64,000 nt of DNA, from positions 1,920,001 through 1,984,000 of the forward strand of contig OZ245056.1 of assembly GCA_965224705.1 (NCBI GenBank), in the 5' to 3' direction. This stretch comes from Spirochaetaceae bacterium. Lineage in GTDB: Bacteria; Spirochaetota; Spirochaetia; DSM-2461. The notes under the pieces are model-generated. The model did no database searches. It worked only from the letters and a program-made list of their open reading frames with translations, and was not told where the DNA came from. Made by a program: the position numbers and the translations under genes. Below are positions 10,406-20,842 of this stretch, piece after piece (the first letter of the stretch is position 1; every line of letters starts with the position of its first letter).

Positions 10406-11434
10406 ATGGCTAAAGTTAGAGTTGCTTTTAATGGCATGGGCCGCATAGGCAAAAATGTTATGCGCATCATCACTTCCCAATACAACGATGAGATTGAAAT
10501 CGTTGCGGGAAACGATCTGGTATCCGCATCTCAAATTGCAGCAGGTTTGCCAAAAGATTCTATTCATGGAAGATTCCCTGTCGATGTGAAGCTGATCAGT
10601 GACAATGTCATTCAAATCGGAACTCACAGGGTAACCGTTTACGCAGAAAAGGATGCGGGAGACATCCCATGGGCAAAACACAATGTTGATGTGGTTCTGG
10701 AATGCACCGGATTCTATCTCACTACGGACAAGGCCCAGGCTCATATCAAGGCGGGAGCCAGAAAAGTAATCATATCTGCTCCATGCAAGGATGATACCAA
10801 AACCGTTGTCATCGGTGTGAATCACGATTCCCTCACTTCCAGTGACAGAATTATTTCCAATGCATCATGCACAACCAACTGCCTGGCGCCGCTTACCAAG
10901 GCTGTTGACGACAGTTTCAAAGTTGTGTCAGGTCTGATGTGCACCACACATGCCGCTACTGCAACGCAGCGCGTACAGGATTTCTTTGGCGGAGGCAAGA
11001 ACCGGGCGACCATGAACAACATTATCCCGGCCTCCACAGGTGCAGCAATTGCGGTGGGTAAGGTTCTTCCTCACCTTAACGGCAAACTCAATGGAACAGC
11101 TCTCAGAGTTCCTACTGACACTGGTTCGGTTACTGAAGTTGTTTACCTTGTTGAAGGAAAGCACAGTGTTGACGAGATAAACAAAGCCGTGACTGAGAAT
11201 GCGAAAAAAATCAATGCCATGTCTCTTTCAGGAAAAATTCTGGATGTGAGTGATTACTATGAATGCTCCCGTGACTGTGTCGGAGAGGCATGGAGTTCCA
11301 TGGCAATTCCCGGGAATACCCGTGTGGCTGAGGCTGGAGCAAACACCATGGTGAAGATGACCAGTTTCTATGACAATGAAATGGGGTACTCAGCCAGAAT
11401 GGCCGAGTTGACTCAAATCTTTGCCGCCATCTAA
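10406..11434 (+). CDS. gap: Type I glyceraldehyde-3-phosphate dehydrogenase (divergent)
   Basis: NGMGRIG, ECTG, SNASCTTNCL, IIPASTGAA, RVPT, YDNE.GY; AAGGAGG RBS. Confidence 0.9.
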   Translation: MAKVRVAFNGMGRIGKNVMRIITSQYNDEIEIVAGNDLVSASQIAAGLPKDSIHGRFPVDVKLISDNVIQIGTHRVTVYAEKDAGDIPWAKHNVDVVLECTGFYLTTDKAQAHIKAGARKVIISAPCKDDTKTVVIGVNHDSLTSSDRIISNASCTTNCLAPLTKAVDDSFKVVSGLMCTTHAATATQRVQDFFGGGKNRATMNNIIPASTGAAIAVGKVLPHLNGKLNGTALRVPTDTGSVTEVVYLVEGKHSVDEINKAVTENAKKINAMSLSGKILDVSDYYECSRDCVGEAWSSMAIPGNTRVAEAGANTMVKMTSFYDNEMGYSARMAELTQIFAAI

Positions 11435-13012
11435 CTGTTTCCGAACAACTCCGGGGATGGTGTAGCCGGGAATTGAAGTCAGGTTCTTAAAAGGATGTAT
11501 ATCCAGGACATTGGAGAACCATCCATCAAAGAAACGAAGGTCGATGAGATTGATCGCCGGGTTATGCGCAATGGGCATAACCTGCCCGGAATAGAGTAGA
11601 ATCTCTTCGGCCTCACTTAATTTTTCCAATCGGTCCCTGTAGGGGAGAAGTGCTGCCTCTCTGAGAAGGGAGTCATATCGAGTATTGGAGAATCCTGATT
11701 CATTGAAGCTACTGTCTGTCAGCCACATCCCCAGGAATGTCCAGGGGTCTGCGTAATCCCCCGTCCACGTAAGGGTGGCAATGTCGTACCCGCCAAGTTT
11801 TACGGAATTATAGTAATTGGGATAGGGGACGCTTTCGATAAAAACATCCAGTCCCAGTTCCTTCTGCCAGATGGACACCATGTAATCGACAGCAATATCC
11901 TCTGATGGAATCTTGATTGTAAGGGATGGCAGTCCCTGTCCTTCAGGATAACCGGCTTCATCCAGAAGATTCATTGCCTGCATTCTGCGTTCATCGACCG
12001 GGGGGTAGTCGGCGTCAGCAGTTGGGTAGTCCGGGATGGGGGGAACAAGACTCGTCCCTGGAATGAGCTGCTGACTGCGGATTTCTTCCCAGGGCAAAAG
12101 GAGTGACAGGGCCCGGCGGACTTTTCCATTCGACCAGGCGTCATTCCTGTTTGAAAAATAATAATAAGTAGTAGAAAACAGGGGTGAAGTTACAAGAGAA
12201 TCCTGTTTTCCGAGAGCCGATAGATTGATACCGGATACAACCCAATCTATTTCAAACCGGTTAAATTCAGCCATTATTTCATCAGAATCATCGTTGAACA
12301 GAAGATGCAGTTCATCAATTCCAATGTTTTCGGCATCCCAGTAATATGGGTTTTTCGTCAGGATGACTTCCTCAGAATTTCGAGTTTCAATTACATACGG
12401 ACCATTCACCGGTACTGAGGTAACTTTCGACCAGTCAACTGTATTTCGATAAACTTTGTGGACGGGAGCGAAACTGAAATGGCATAGAATGGACAGAAAT
12501 TGAGGTGATGGGTGCTTGAGTTTGACGATCAGGGTCTGACTGTCAGGTGTTTCAATTCCAATCCCATCAGGCCCGGCAATGCCTGTCCGGTATTCGTACG
12601 CTCCTGCAAGGTCGTCCAGCAATGATGCATACTCAGCCCTGGTGTCAGGCGATAGTAAATGAATCCATGATTCTTTGAACTCATTCGAGGTGATAATCTC
12701 ACCATGACTCCATTGCAATCCATTTCTCAGATGGAATGTGATGGTTAAGCCGTCTTCAGAAATTGACCACGACTCGGCCGCACCCGGGACGGGCTTCAAA
12801 GTAGCTGGATGGAAAATTGTTAAACCTTCATACAGAGCCGTAAAGATCTGGGCTTCAGAAGTTGTATAGGCATGATGGGGATTCCAACTGATCTGGTGAG
12901 TGCTGAACTGCACAGAAAAACTCGTTGAGTCCGACCAGATGCTGTGAGAAATGCACCAGAACACTGAAAGCACGAAAAAAAATCTTTTCATTGGAAGGAA
13001 CAATGTTGCCAT
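11390..13012 (-). CDS. Peptide ABC transporter substrate-binding protein (OppA-like)
   Basis: LYEGL, AESWSISEDGLTITFHLR, NGPY, KNPYYWD, VRRALSL, W.GDY.DP.TFL. Confidence 0.88.
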   Translation of the reverse strand: MATLFLPMKRFFFVLSVFWCISHSIWSDSTSFSVQFSTHQISWNPHHAYTTSEAQIFTALYEGLTIFHPATLKPVPGAAESWSISEDGLTITFHLRNGLQWSHGEIITSNEFKESWIHLLSPDTRAEYASLLDDLAGAYEYRTGIAGPDGIGIETPDSQTLIVKLKHPSPQFLSILCHFSFAPVHKVYRNTVDWSKVTSVPVNGPYVIETRNSEEVILTKNPYYWDAENIGIDELHLLFNDDSDEIMAEFNRFEIDWVVSGINLSALGKQDSLVTSPLFSTTYYYFSNRNDAWSNGKVRRALSLLLPWEEIRSQQLIPGTSLVPPIPDYPTADADYPPVDERRMQAMNLLDEAGYPEGQGLPSLTIKIPSEDIAVDYMVSIWQKELGLDVFIESVPYPNYYNSVKLGGYDIATLTWTGDYADPWTFLGMWLTDSSFNESGFSNTRYDSLLREAALLPYRDRLEKLSEAEEILLYSGQVMPIAHNPAINLIDLRFFDGWFSNVLDIHPFKNLTSIPGYTIPGVVRKQLDGGKDLSQLGHSG

Positions 13013-13072
13013 GAAGAGCTATTTCTGGCAACAGGTATGACACGATAGCGGAAAATTTGTTAGCATAGGCGC

Positions 13073-14971
13073 ATGATTATTGTACTGAAAAACAATATTA
13101 CTGATAAAGAAAAAGATTTCCTTACTCATTTTCTCAATGAGAATGATTTTCGGGTACGAGAGATTACAGAGGAAAATGAAACAATTCTAGGTGCCGTCGG
13201 GAATTTAGATATTGATCATCAGGCTGTGGCAAATATTCCAGGTGTTGCCCAGGTCATCCCCATAAGTAAACCATATAAAATGGCTTCCCGGCAATTTCAT
13301 CCCCAGGATTCCATCATCAGTGTGAAGTCCCTGAAGATTGGCGGCTCCCGCATAGTCATCACAGGAGGGCCATGTGCTGTGGAATCCAGGGAACAGATAG
13401 TGGAATCAGCATGGGCAGTAAAAAAAGCCGGCGGCGTGATGCTTCGGGGGGGAGCATATAAACCGCGTACTTCACCATATTCATTCCAGGGTCTTGGAGT
13501 GGAAGGATTGGAGTATTTGAAGGAAGCTGGTGAAGTAACAGGTTTGCCAACCGTTTCTGAAGTTGTGTCTCTCAACGATGTTGAGCGAATGAGCCGGTTC
13601 ATTGATGTTTTTCAAATTGGCACCCGGAATATGCAGAATTTTGAATTGCTCAAGGCGGTGGGATCAGCTGGAATGCCAGTGATTCTGAAGCGTGGATTAG
13701 CCTCAACCATTGAAGAATGGCTTATGGCGGCTGAATACCTGCTGGCATCGGGAACTGATGATGTGATTCTCTGCGAACGGGGAATACGAACCTTTGGGCG
13801 GAGCACCCGCAACACTCTGGATATTTCCGCCATTCCCGTTATTCGGGAACTCACTCATCTGCCAATCATTGTTGACCCCTCCCATGCGACAGGGATACGA
13901 GACAAAGTTCCTTCCATGGCCCTGGCCAGTATTGCTGCCGGAGCACATGGCCTGATAGTGGAAGTCCACCCCGATCCGGATAAGGCAATAAGTGATGGAG
14001 CGCAAACTCTCTGGCCGCAACAATTTGATAAACTGCTAAGAGATGTGGAAGCTCTGTGCCCTACAGTGGGGAAGGAACTCGCCCGGCTGCCGGAACGACA
14101 TCAAAAAGATCTTTTTCGGTCTCATGAGGATAGAACAGGCAGGGGTAAACTGCCTGAAGTTGTCTTTCAGGGTGAACGGGGAGCCCACAGCGAACGGGCC
14201 ATCATGAACTACTTCCCGGAGGGAGATGTGCAGCCAGTGGCCCTGCCCACATTTGAAGAAGTCTTCAACTCCGTTCTGTCCAGAAAAGCTTCCTGGGGGA
14301 TGATACCTGTTGAGAACTCCCTGGCAGGCAGTGTCCTGGAGAATTATGATTTGCTGACCCGATACCCGGATGTAAAAATTGTTGGGGAAATAAAAGTCAG
14401 GATTCAGCACAACCTCATTGTTCTACCCGATGGCAGTGAATCACAGATCAAAAAAGTCTACTCCCATCCCCAGGCTCTTTCACAGTGCGAAAAATTTCTC
14501 CATGAGAAAAAATGGGAAGTCATTCCCTACTTTGACACGGCCGGGGCTGCGGCCATGGTGCGCCGTGAGCAGAATGCCTCTCTGGCTGCCATCGCCAGCA
14601 GGGAAGCTGCGGACTACCACAAATTGAAAATTCTTTCTGAAAACATTGAAACCAATCCGCGCAATTACACCCGGTTTGCCATTATTGCTCATCTGGATAC
14701 CCCTGTGCCAGAGCATACGGACAAAGTATCCTTTATATTTACATTGAAGAGTCATGTCGGTTCTCTCATAGACGGCCTTGACATCCTCAAGAAATATGGG
14801 GTCAACATGACCAAGCTGGAATCCAGACCCATTGCCGGCCAACCCTGGAACTACATGTTCTATATTGATGCCATGCTTCCGGAAAATCCTGTCGATTTTG
14901 GAAAAGTTGAAAAAGCACTCCAGGAAGTAACAGAGGATTATCGCTGTCTTGGGGTATACCGGGCCGTTTAG
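13073..14971 (+). CDS. Fused DAHP synthase (type I-beta) / prephenate dehydratase
   Basis: GPCAVES, RGGAYKPRTSPYSFQG, CERGIR, DPSH; then FQGERGAHSE, PVENS..GSV, SHPQAL.QC, NYTRF, TKLESRP (PDT + ACT). Confidence 0.92.
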   Translation: MIIVLKNNITDKEKDFLTHFLNENDFRVREITEENETILGAVGNLDIDHQAVANIPGVAQVIPISKPYKMASRQFHPQDSIISVKSLKIGGSRIVITGGPCAVESREQIVESAWAVKKAGGVMLRGGAYKPRTSPYSFQGLGVEGLEYLKEAGEVTGLPTVSEVVSLNDVERMSRFIDVFQIGTRNMQNFELLKAVGSAGMPVILKRGLASTIEEWLMAAEYLLASGTDDVILCERGIRTFGRSTRNTLDISAIPVIRELTHLPIIVDPSHATGIRDKVPSMALASIAAGAHGLIVEVHPDPDKAISDGAQTLWPQQFDKLLRDVEALCPTVGKELARLPERHQKDLFRSHEDRTGRGKLPEVVFQGERGAHSERAIMNYFPEGDVQPVALPTFEEVFNSVLSRKASWGMIPVENSLAGSVLENYDLLTRYPDVKIVGEIKVRIQHNLIVLPDGSESQIKKVYSHPQALSQCEKFLHEKKWEVIPYFDTAGAAAMVRREQNASLAAIASREAADYHKLKILSENIETNPRNYTRFAIIAHLDTPVPEHTDKVSFIFTLKSHVGSLIDGLDILKKYGVNMTKLESRPIAGQPWNYMFYIDAMLPENPVDFGKVEKALQEVTEDYRCLGVYRAV

Positions 14972-14981
14972 GATCAAATCA

Positions 14982-16856
14982 ATGACACTGCTGAAAAACA
15001 GTCTGGTTCTCTACAAACAAGCCCCCGCACTCATCATTGAAACTGGGGAAAAGCTTGAGCTGGCCCTTAATGGGGGCAAGAGCCGGAGTGTTCGGATAAA
15101 AGATGTTGTGCTGCTTCACCCAGGGCCTGTTCCTGCATTTCCAGATCTGGAAAAAGAAGCACCTGAAGGACAACCCGAAGAGGCATGGAAACTGCTTCAA
15201 GATGAATCGCCCAGCCTGAGTGAGCTGGCGGAACTTGTCTATGGGGAGTTTACACCATCCACGGCCTGGCTGTCATTCAAACTTCTCAATCGGACTCCCT
15301 GGTTCAGGGGAACACCGGAGTCCATTGAAGTTGTTGACGCAGAAAGTGTTGCGCAGCGTATTCGAATGGAGGAAGAAAAAAAAGAAGCAGAGCAGCAGTG
15401 GACGGACTTCATTGAACGGTTCAAGCAAAAGAAGATCAATCCTGAAACGGATGAACTCTTCCTGAGAGATCTGGAAATGTTTGCCCTGGGCCGAAGCAAG
15501 GGCTCTCGCATTCTTAAAACTCTTAAAAAAACTCAAACCCCTGAAAATGCCCACAGAGTTATGATCGACTACCATGTAAAGACTGACATCTGGAATCCTC
15601 ATCCCCTGAGGCTTGAATTACCTATGGATGTTCCAGATTACTCTCTTGGAGAACTTCCCTCCGATGAACGCATGGATCTTACCAATATGGAAGCTTTTGC
15701 TATTGACGATGAGGAAACTGAGGATCCAGACGATGCCCTGGCCTGGGATGGAACAAAACTATGGGTTCATGTTGCTGATGTTGCTGCATTATTCCCCCCT
15801 GATTCCCCTGCCGATCAGGCTGCCCGGGAAAGGGGAAGCAGTCTCTACCTGCCGGAAGTTACGATTCCAATGCTTCCACCGAAAGCGGCGAAACTCCTCG
15901 GGTTGGGACAGAATGAGACATCACCTGCAATGTCGTATGCTTTTTCATTTGACAGCAGCTTCAATGTTACTGATTTTTCTGTCCATCTTACGACGATACG
16001 AGTTACCAGACTCTCATATGCTGAGGCGGATAAACGCATGTCCAGAGAACCTTTTAGAACGATGAAAAAGATCACCGATGCGGCTGCCAGACGCCGATAT
16101 GATTCAGGTGCAATATCCATCAACATGCCGGAAGTCAAGGTTAGAGTTGATGGCAATGGTGAGATTAACATAACGCCCATTCCTGAACTGGCCAGCAGTC
16201 ACATGGTAGCAGAAGCCATGATACTTGCCGGTTCGTATGCGGCCAAACTGTGTCTGGAGCATGATATCCCCATCCCCTTTGCAGTTCAGGTTAAAGGTGA
16301 TTTTCCAGAAGATGAAAATCCCCGTTCTGAAAATCAATACGAGGGGAACAGCGATTCGAAATATGCTGACTACCTTTCTGAATTCAACCGACGCCGCGGT
16401 ATGAAACGAAGCCGGATGACTCTGAAATGTGCCCCCCATGCTGGACTGGGTCTGGAGGCGTATACCCGGGTCACCAGCCCTCTGCGCCGCTACCCCGACC
16501 TTGTCACTTCCAGACAGATTCGCCAGTTCATTCTGGACCGGGAGATTGAATCTGAGGAATCAGTTCTTGAAGGTTTGGCTGCCTTTGAATCCCGTATTGG
16601 CAGTCTGGTTCAAGGAGAACGGCGATCTAACTTCTTCTGGAAACTTCTCTGGCTGAAAAGGCAGAACAAATTCAGTACTGATGCATGGCTGCTTGATAAA
16701 CGGGAACGGCAGGGTTATTTCCTGATTCCAGAAATCGCCATGGAAACCCGTGTACCATTGAAGGAAGAGATGAAGCTTGGCAGTCGTGTTAAATTGAGTC
16801 TTCACAAGGTGGATGTACCAGAATCTTCTGTGCTGTTCAGGATTGAGGAAACTTAG
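14982..16856 (+). CDS. rnb: Ribonuclease II/R family (RNB domain) exoribonuclease
   Basis: AIDDEETEDPDDA, VHVADV, H.GLGL.AYTRVTSPLRRY.DL. Confidence 0.88.
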   Translation: MTLLKNSLVLYKQAPALIIETGEKLELALNGGKSRSVRIKDVVLLHPGPVPAFPDLEKEAPEGQPEEAWKLLQDESPSLSELAELVYGEFTPSTAWLSFKLLNRTPWFRGTPESIEVVDAESVAQRIRMEEEKKEAEQQWTDFIERFKQKKINPETDELFLRDLEMFALGRSKGSRILKTLKKTQTPENAHRVMIDYHVKTDIWNPHPLRLELPMDVPDYSLGELPSDERMDLTNMEAFAIDDEETEDPDDALAWDGTKLWVHVADVAALFPPDSPADQAARERGSSLYLPEVTIPMLPPKAAKLLGLGQNETSPAMSYAFSFDSSFNVTDFSVHLTTIRVTRLSYAEADKRMSREPFRTMKKITDAAARRRYDSGAISINMPEVKVRVDGNGEINITPIPELASSHMVAEAMILAGSYAAKLCLEHDIPIPFAVQVKGDFPEDENPRSENQYEGNSDSKYADYLSEFNRRRGMKRSRMTLKCAPHAGLGLEAYTRVTSPLRRYPDLVTSRQIRQFILDREIESEESVLEGLAAFESRIGSLVQGERRSNFFWKLLWLKRQNKFSTDAWLLDKRERQGYFLIPEIAMETRVPLKEEMKLGSRVKLSLHKVDVPESSVLFRIEET

Positions 16857-16870
16857 ATTAAGGAATGAAA

Positions 16871-16892
16871 GACCGTTCCCAAAGGAACGGTC
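16871..16892. terminator. Hairpin between convergent rnb and tRNA-Phe
   Basis: GACCGTTCC-CAAA-GGAACGGTC perfect 9-bp stem. Confidence 0.7.
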
Positions 16893-16898
16893 AATGCC

Positions 16899-16971
16899 TG
16901 CCACCGAAGAGATTTGAACTCTTGACACATGGATTTTCAGTCCACTGCTCTACCAACTGAGCTACAGTGGC
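16899..16971 (-). tRNA. tRNA-Phe (GAA)
   Basis: Reverse complement GCCACTGTAGCTCAGTTGGTAGAGCAGTGGACTGAAAATCCATGTGTCAAGAGTTCAAATCTCTTCGGTGGCA folds as a cloverleaf; CCA not encoded. Confidence 0.95.
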
Positions 16972-17162
16972 ACATCGGATGTGAAACTACTACAACGAAC
17001 TGGCTTTGTCAAGCAATTGCTTTCGGAATTAGTACTGAAAAGAAGGATGTGGTTTCCTCCCCGGGCTGATCGCTCACATCAATTGACAACAGTTGACACG
17101 GAAATCCTCCATTTTCCAGGTACCAGTTCTGACCGTTACTGACACAGCCTCAGTTTTGGATT

Positions 17163-17233
17163 GTCGGCGGGATACCATAACTGAAAGTGCCGCCTTGCCT
17201 TGCGTCCAGAACCAGGCTAAACTGAAAGTCATC
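17163..17233 (+). promoter_or_regulatory. Repeated upstream element with sigma70-like promoter (second copy 19008-19078)
   Basis: GTCGGCGGGATACC...GCCGCC then TTGCCT-N17-TAAACT, 10 nt before GTG; near-identical before genes 1 and 2, absent before gene 3. Confidence 0.6.
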
Positions 17234-18997
17234 GTGAAAAAGAAACTGGAACAGGGCATTACCGATTTCAAGGAATTCATCAGTGAAAGCTGCTATTTTG
17301 TCGATAAAACCCGTCTCATAGCGCACCTCATCGACCATCCCAGCAAAGTGCATCTCATCACCCGTCCCCGGCGCTTCGGCAAAACCCTGAACCTGAGCAT
17401 GATCCGCTACTTCTTTGAGGCCCCCCCACCGGGCGGAGATAGTGACGGCGTGCCGCCCAATGCCGCCCTGTTTGACGACATGTCCATCGCGGAACATCCC
17501 CGGTGCCGCGAATACATGGGGCAGTATCCGGTGATTGTGCTAAGTTTCAAGGATGCCAAGGGGGCCTCGCATACGGAGTGCATGGAAATCATCAGGGATA
17601 TGCTCTCCGCGGAATATCAACGACATGAATACTTGCAAAACTGTGGAGTACTGCGCGAAGCTGATAAAGAGTTGTTTGTCAAAATATCGAATAGAAAAGG
17701 TACGGATCAGGACTGCGCGCAATCGATAAAACATCTTTCCTCCTGGCTGAAGCGCGCCTACAACCAACCGGTTTACATCCTGCTGGACGAGTACGACACC
17801 CCCCTGCATGCCGCCTACACCGGCAGCTTCTACGATGAAATGATTGCCTTCATCCGCAGCTTCATGGTGCAGACCTTCAAGGACAACCCCAATTTGAAGC
17901 AGGCGGTGGTCATCGGGATACTGAAGGTGGCGCAGGAGAGCATCTTCAGCGACTTCAACAATCCGGCGGTGTCCACCTTGCTTGATCCCGACATGGAGGA
18001 CTGTTTTGGCTTCACGGAAGCCGAAGTAGAGACCATGGCCGCCCACTTCGACATGGAAGACCGGATGGACGGCATCCGGGAGTGGTACAACGGCTACATC
18101 TTCGGGGGGGACACGGTCATCTACAACCCCTGGAGCATCGTCAATTACCTGCGAAAGCCTTCCGCCGGACTGCGCCCCTACTGGGTGCACACCAGCGACA
18201 ACAGACTCATCAAGAAAGTACTGCATCTGGATAAGAGGAACAGCCGGGAAGTCGTTGAAAAACTGATCCGGGGAGAGGAAGTCAGGCGGGAGGTGGCGCT
18301 CAACATTGCCTATCCGCAGATAGAAAGAAACACGGATGCCGTGTGGAGCTTTCTGCTCCACGGAGGCTATCTTAAGGCCGACGAGCGGCAGCAGCTCCAC
18401 ACCTTCATCACCTACCGGCTTGCCATCCCCAATCTGGAAGTGAAGGTGGTCTACGAAAAGGTTATCCGGGACTGGCTGGAGGAGGACGTGGAGATAAGCG
18501 ATTCCTTTCAGTCCTTCATCCGCGGCATTCGCGAGGGAGATACCGGTCTGATCGAAGAGGGACTCGGAGACATCCTCTTCGGCCTCGCCAGTTATCACGA
18601 TACGGCATCGCGGGACAGGAGGGAGGAAAGGAAACGGACGGAGGGCTTCTATCACGGTCTGGTGCTGGGTATGCTGGCCTATCTGGGCGGTGAATACATG
18701 GTGGAGAGCAACCGCGAATGCGGCATGGGGCGCCCCGACATCGTCTTGATCCGGCGCGATACCGGCTCCGGGCGGCCCGGCAGGGTTCTTCTCTTTGAGT
18801 TCAAGCGGGAGGATGCTGGTGGAACGACGCCCCTGGAGCAGTTGGCGGGGGAGGCGTATTGCCAGGCGGAGCAAAAATACCTTGAGGGCCTGAGGAAGAA
18901 GTGGGAGCCGGGGGAAATCCTTGTTCTGGGGGTGGGCTTTCGGGGCAGGGAACTGGCACTGGAGGGGGGAGCGAATCTCCCCGGTTTTGAGTCATGA
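17234..18997 (+). CDS. AAA-ATPase-like + PD-(D/E)XK nuclease domain protein, copy 1
   Basis: YFVDKT, RPRRFGKTLNLSM, LLDEYDTP, WYNGY, YNPWS, E.FYHGLVLG, SNRE.G.GRPDI, FEFK (PF09820/PF08011-type motifs). Confidence 0.9.
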   Translation: MKKKLEQGITDFKEFISESCYFVDKTRLIAHLIDHPSKVHLITRPRRFGKTLNLSMIRYFFEAPPPGGDSDGVPPNAALFDDMSIAEHPRCREYMGQYPVIVLSFKDAKGASHTECMEIIRDMLSAEYQRHEYLQNCGVLREADKELFVKISNRKGTDQDCAQSIKHLSSWLKRAYNQPVYILLDEYDTPLHAAYTGSFYDEMIAFIRSFMVQTFKDNPNLKQAVVIGILKVAQESIFSDFNNPAVSTLLDPDMEDCFGFTEAEVETMAAHFDMEDRMDGIREWYNGYIFGGDTVIYNPWSIVNYLRKPSAGLRPYWVHTSDNRLIKKVLHLDKRNSREVVEKLIRGEEVRREVALNIAYPQIERNTDAVWSFLLHGGYLKADERQQLHTFITYRLAIPNLEVKVVYEKVIRDWLEEDVEISDSFQSFIRGIREGDTGLIEEGLGDILFGLASYHDTASRDRREERKRTEGFYHGLVLGMLAYLGGEYMVESNRECGMGRPDIVLIRRDTGSGRPGRVLLFEFKREDAGGTTPLEQLAGEAYCQAEQKYLEGLRKKWEPGEILVLGVGFRGRELALEGGANLPGFES

Positions 18998-19078
18998 GTT
19001 TTAGAGTGTCGGCGGGATACCATAACTGAAAGTGCCGCCTTGCCTTGCGTCCAGAACCAGGCTAAACTAAAAGTCATC

Positions 19079-20842
19079 GTGAAAAAGAATCTGACTCAGG
19101 GCATCACCGATTTCAAGAAATTCATCGACAATGATTGCTACTTTGTCGATAAAACTCATCTCATTGGGCATCTTATCAATGACCCCAGTGAGGTACACCT
19201 GATCACCCGCCCCCGGCGCTTCGGCAAAACCCTGAACCTGAGCATGATCCGCTACTTCTTCGAGGCCCTCCCACCGGGCGGAGATAGCAGCGATCCACCA
19301 CCCAATGAACCCTTGTTCAATGGTATGTCCATCGCGGAACATCCCCAATACCGCGAATACATGGGGAAATACCCTGTGATATACTTAAGTTTCAAGGACG
19401 TGAAAAAATCGACATATCAAGATTGCATGACTCTTATCAGGAACATGCTCTCTGCGGAATATCAACGGCATGAGTATTTACAAGATTGTGGTGTCTTGAA
19501 TGACAGAGAACGGGTACAATTTGAGAAAATATTGTGCAATAAGGGCAGCGATCAGGATTGCGAACAATCCATAGCCTTTCTGTCTATATGGCTCAAACGC
19601 GCCTACAACCAACCGGTCTACATCCTGCTGGACGAGTACGACACCTCCCTGCATGCCGCCTACACCGGCAGCTTCTACGATGAAATGATTGCCTTCATCC
19701 GCAGCTTCATGGTGCAGACCTTCAAGGACAACCCCAATTTGAAGCAGGCGGTGGTCATCGGGATACTGAAGGTGGCCCAGGAGAGCATCTTCAGCGACTT
19801 CAACAATCCGGCGGTGTCCACCTTGCTCGATCCCGAAATGGAGGACTGTTTTGGCTTCACGGAAGCCGAAGTAGAGACCATGGCCGCCCACTTCGACATG
19901 GAAAACAGGATGGACGGCATCCGGGAGTGGTACAACGGCTACATCTTTGGCGGAGACACGGTCATCTACAATCCCTGGAGCATCGTCAATTACCTGCGAA
20001 AGCCTTCCGCCGGACTGCGCCCCTACTGGGTGCACACCAGCGACAACAGACTCATCAAGAAAGTACTGCATCTGGATAAGAGGAACAGCCGGGAAGTTAT
20101 TGAGAAACTGATCCGGGGAGAGGAGGTCAGGCGGGAGGTGGTGCTCAACATTGCCTATCCGCAGATAGAAAGAAACACGGATGCCGTGTGGAGCTTTCTT
20201 CTCCACGGAGGCTATCTCAAGGCTGACGAGCGGCAGCAGATCCACACCTTCATCACCTACCGGCTTGCCATCCCCAATCTGGAAGTGAAGGTGGTCTACG
20301 AAAAGGTTGTCCGCGACTGGCTGGAGGAGGACGTGGAGATAAGCGATTCCTTTCAGTCCTTCATCCGCGGCATTCGCGAGGGAGATACCGGTCTGATTGA
20401 AGAGGGTCTCGGAGACATCCTCTTCGGCCTTGCCAGCTATCACGATACGGCATCACGAGGCAGGAGGGAGGAAAGGAAACGGACGGAGGGCTTCTATCAC
20501 GGTCTGGTGCTGGGAATGCTGGCCTACCTGGGCGGTGAATACATGGTGGAGAGCAACCGCGAATGCGGCATGGGCCGTCCCGACATCGTCTTGATCCGGC
20601 GCGATACCGGCTCCGGACGGCCTGCCAGGGTTCTTCTCTTTGAGTTCAAACGGGAGGATGCCGGTGGAACAACGCCTCTGGAGCATCTGGCGCGGGAGGC
20701 ATATTGCCAGGCGGAGCAAAAATACCTTGCGGGCCTGAGAAAGAAGTGGCAGCCGGAGGAAATCCTTGTTCTGGGGGTGGGCTTTCGGGGCAGGGAACTG
20801 GCTCTGGAGGGGGGAGGGGAACTCCCCGGTTTTGAGTCGTGA
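19079..20842 (+). CDS. AAA-ATPase-like + PD-(D/E)XK nuclease domain protein, copy 2
   Basis: Same motifs; tandem paralog. Confidence 0.9.
   Translation: MKKNLTQGITDFKKFIDNDCYFVDKTHLIGHLINDPSEVHLITRPRRFGKTLNLSMIRYFFEALPPGGDSSDPPPNEPLFNGMSIAEHPQYREYMGKYPVIYLSFKDVKKSTYQDCMTLIRNMLSAEYQRHEYLQDCGVLNDRERVQFEKILCNKGSDQDCEQSIAFLSIWLKRAYNQPVYILLDEYDTSLHAAYTGSFYDEMIAFIRSFMVQTFKDNPNLKQAVVIGILKVAQESIFSDFNNPAVSTLLDPEMEDCFGFTEAEVETMAAHFDMENRMDGIREWYNGYIFGGDTVIYNPWSIVNYLRKPSAGLRPYWVHTSDNRLIKKVLHLDKRNSREVIEKLIRGEEVRREVVLNIAYPQIERNTDAVWSFLLHGGYLKADERQQIHTFITYRLAIPNLEVKVVYEKVVRDWLEEDVEISDSFQSFIRGIREGDTGLIEEGLGDILFGLASYHDTASRGRREERKRTEGFYHGLVLGMLAYLGGEYMVESNRECGMGRPDIVLIRRDTGSGRPARVLLFEFKREDAGGTTPLEHLAREAYCQAEQKYLAGLRKKWQPEEILVLGVGFRGRELALEGGGELPGFES

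Noticed and set aside
16899..16971. tRNA-Phe as the integration site of the accessory region
   Set aside because: The region lies on the tRNA's 5' side, no duplicated tRNA 3' end was seen near 39 kb, and there is no integrase.
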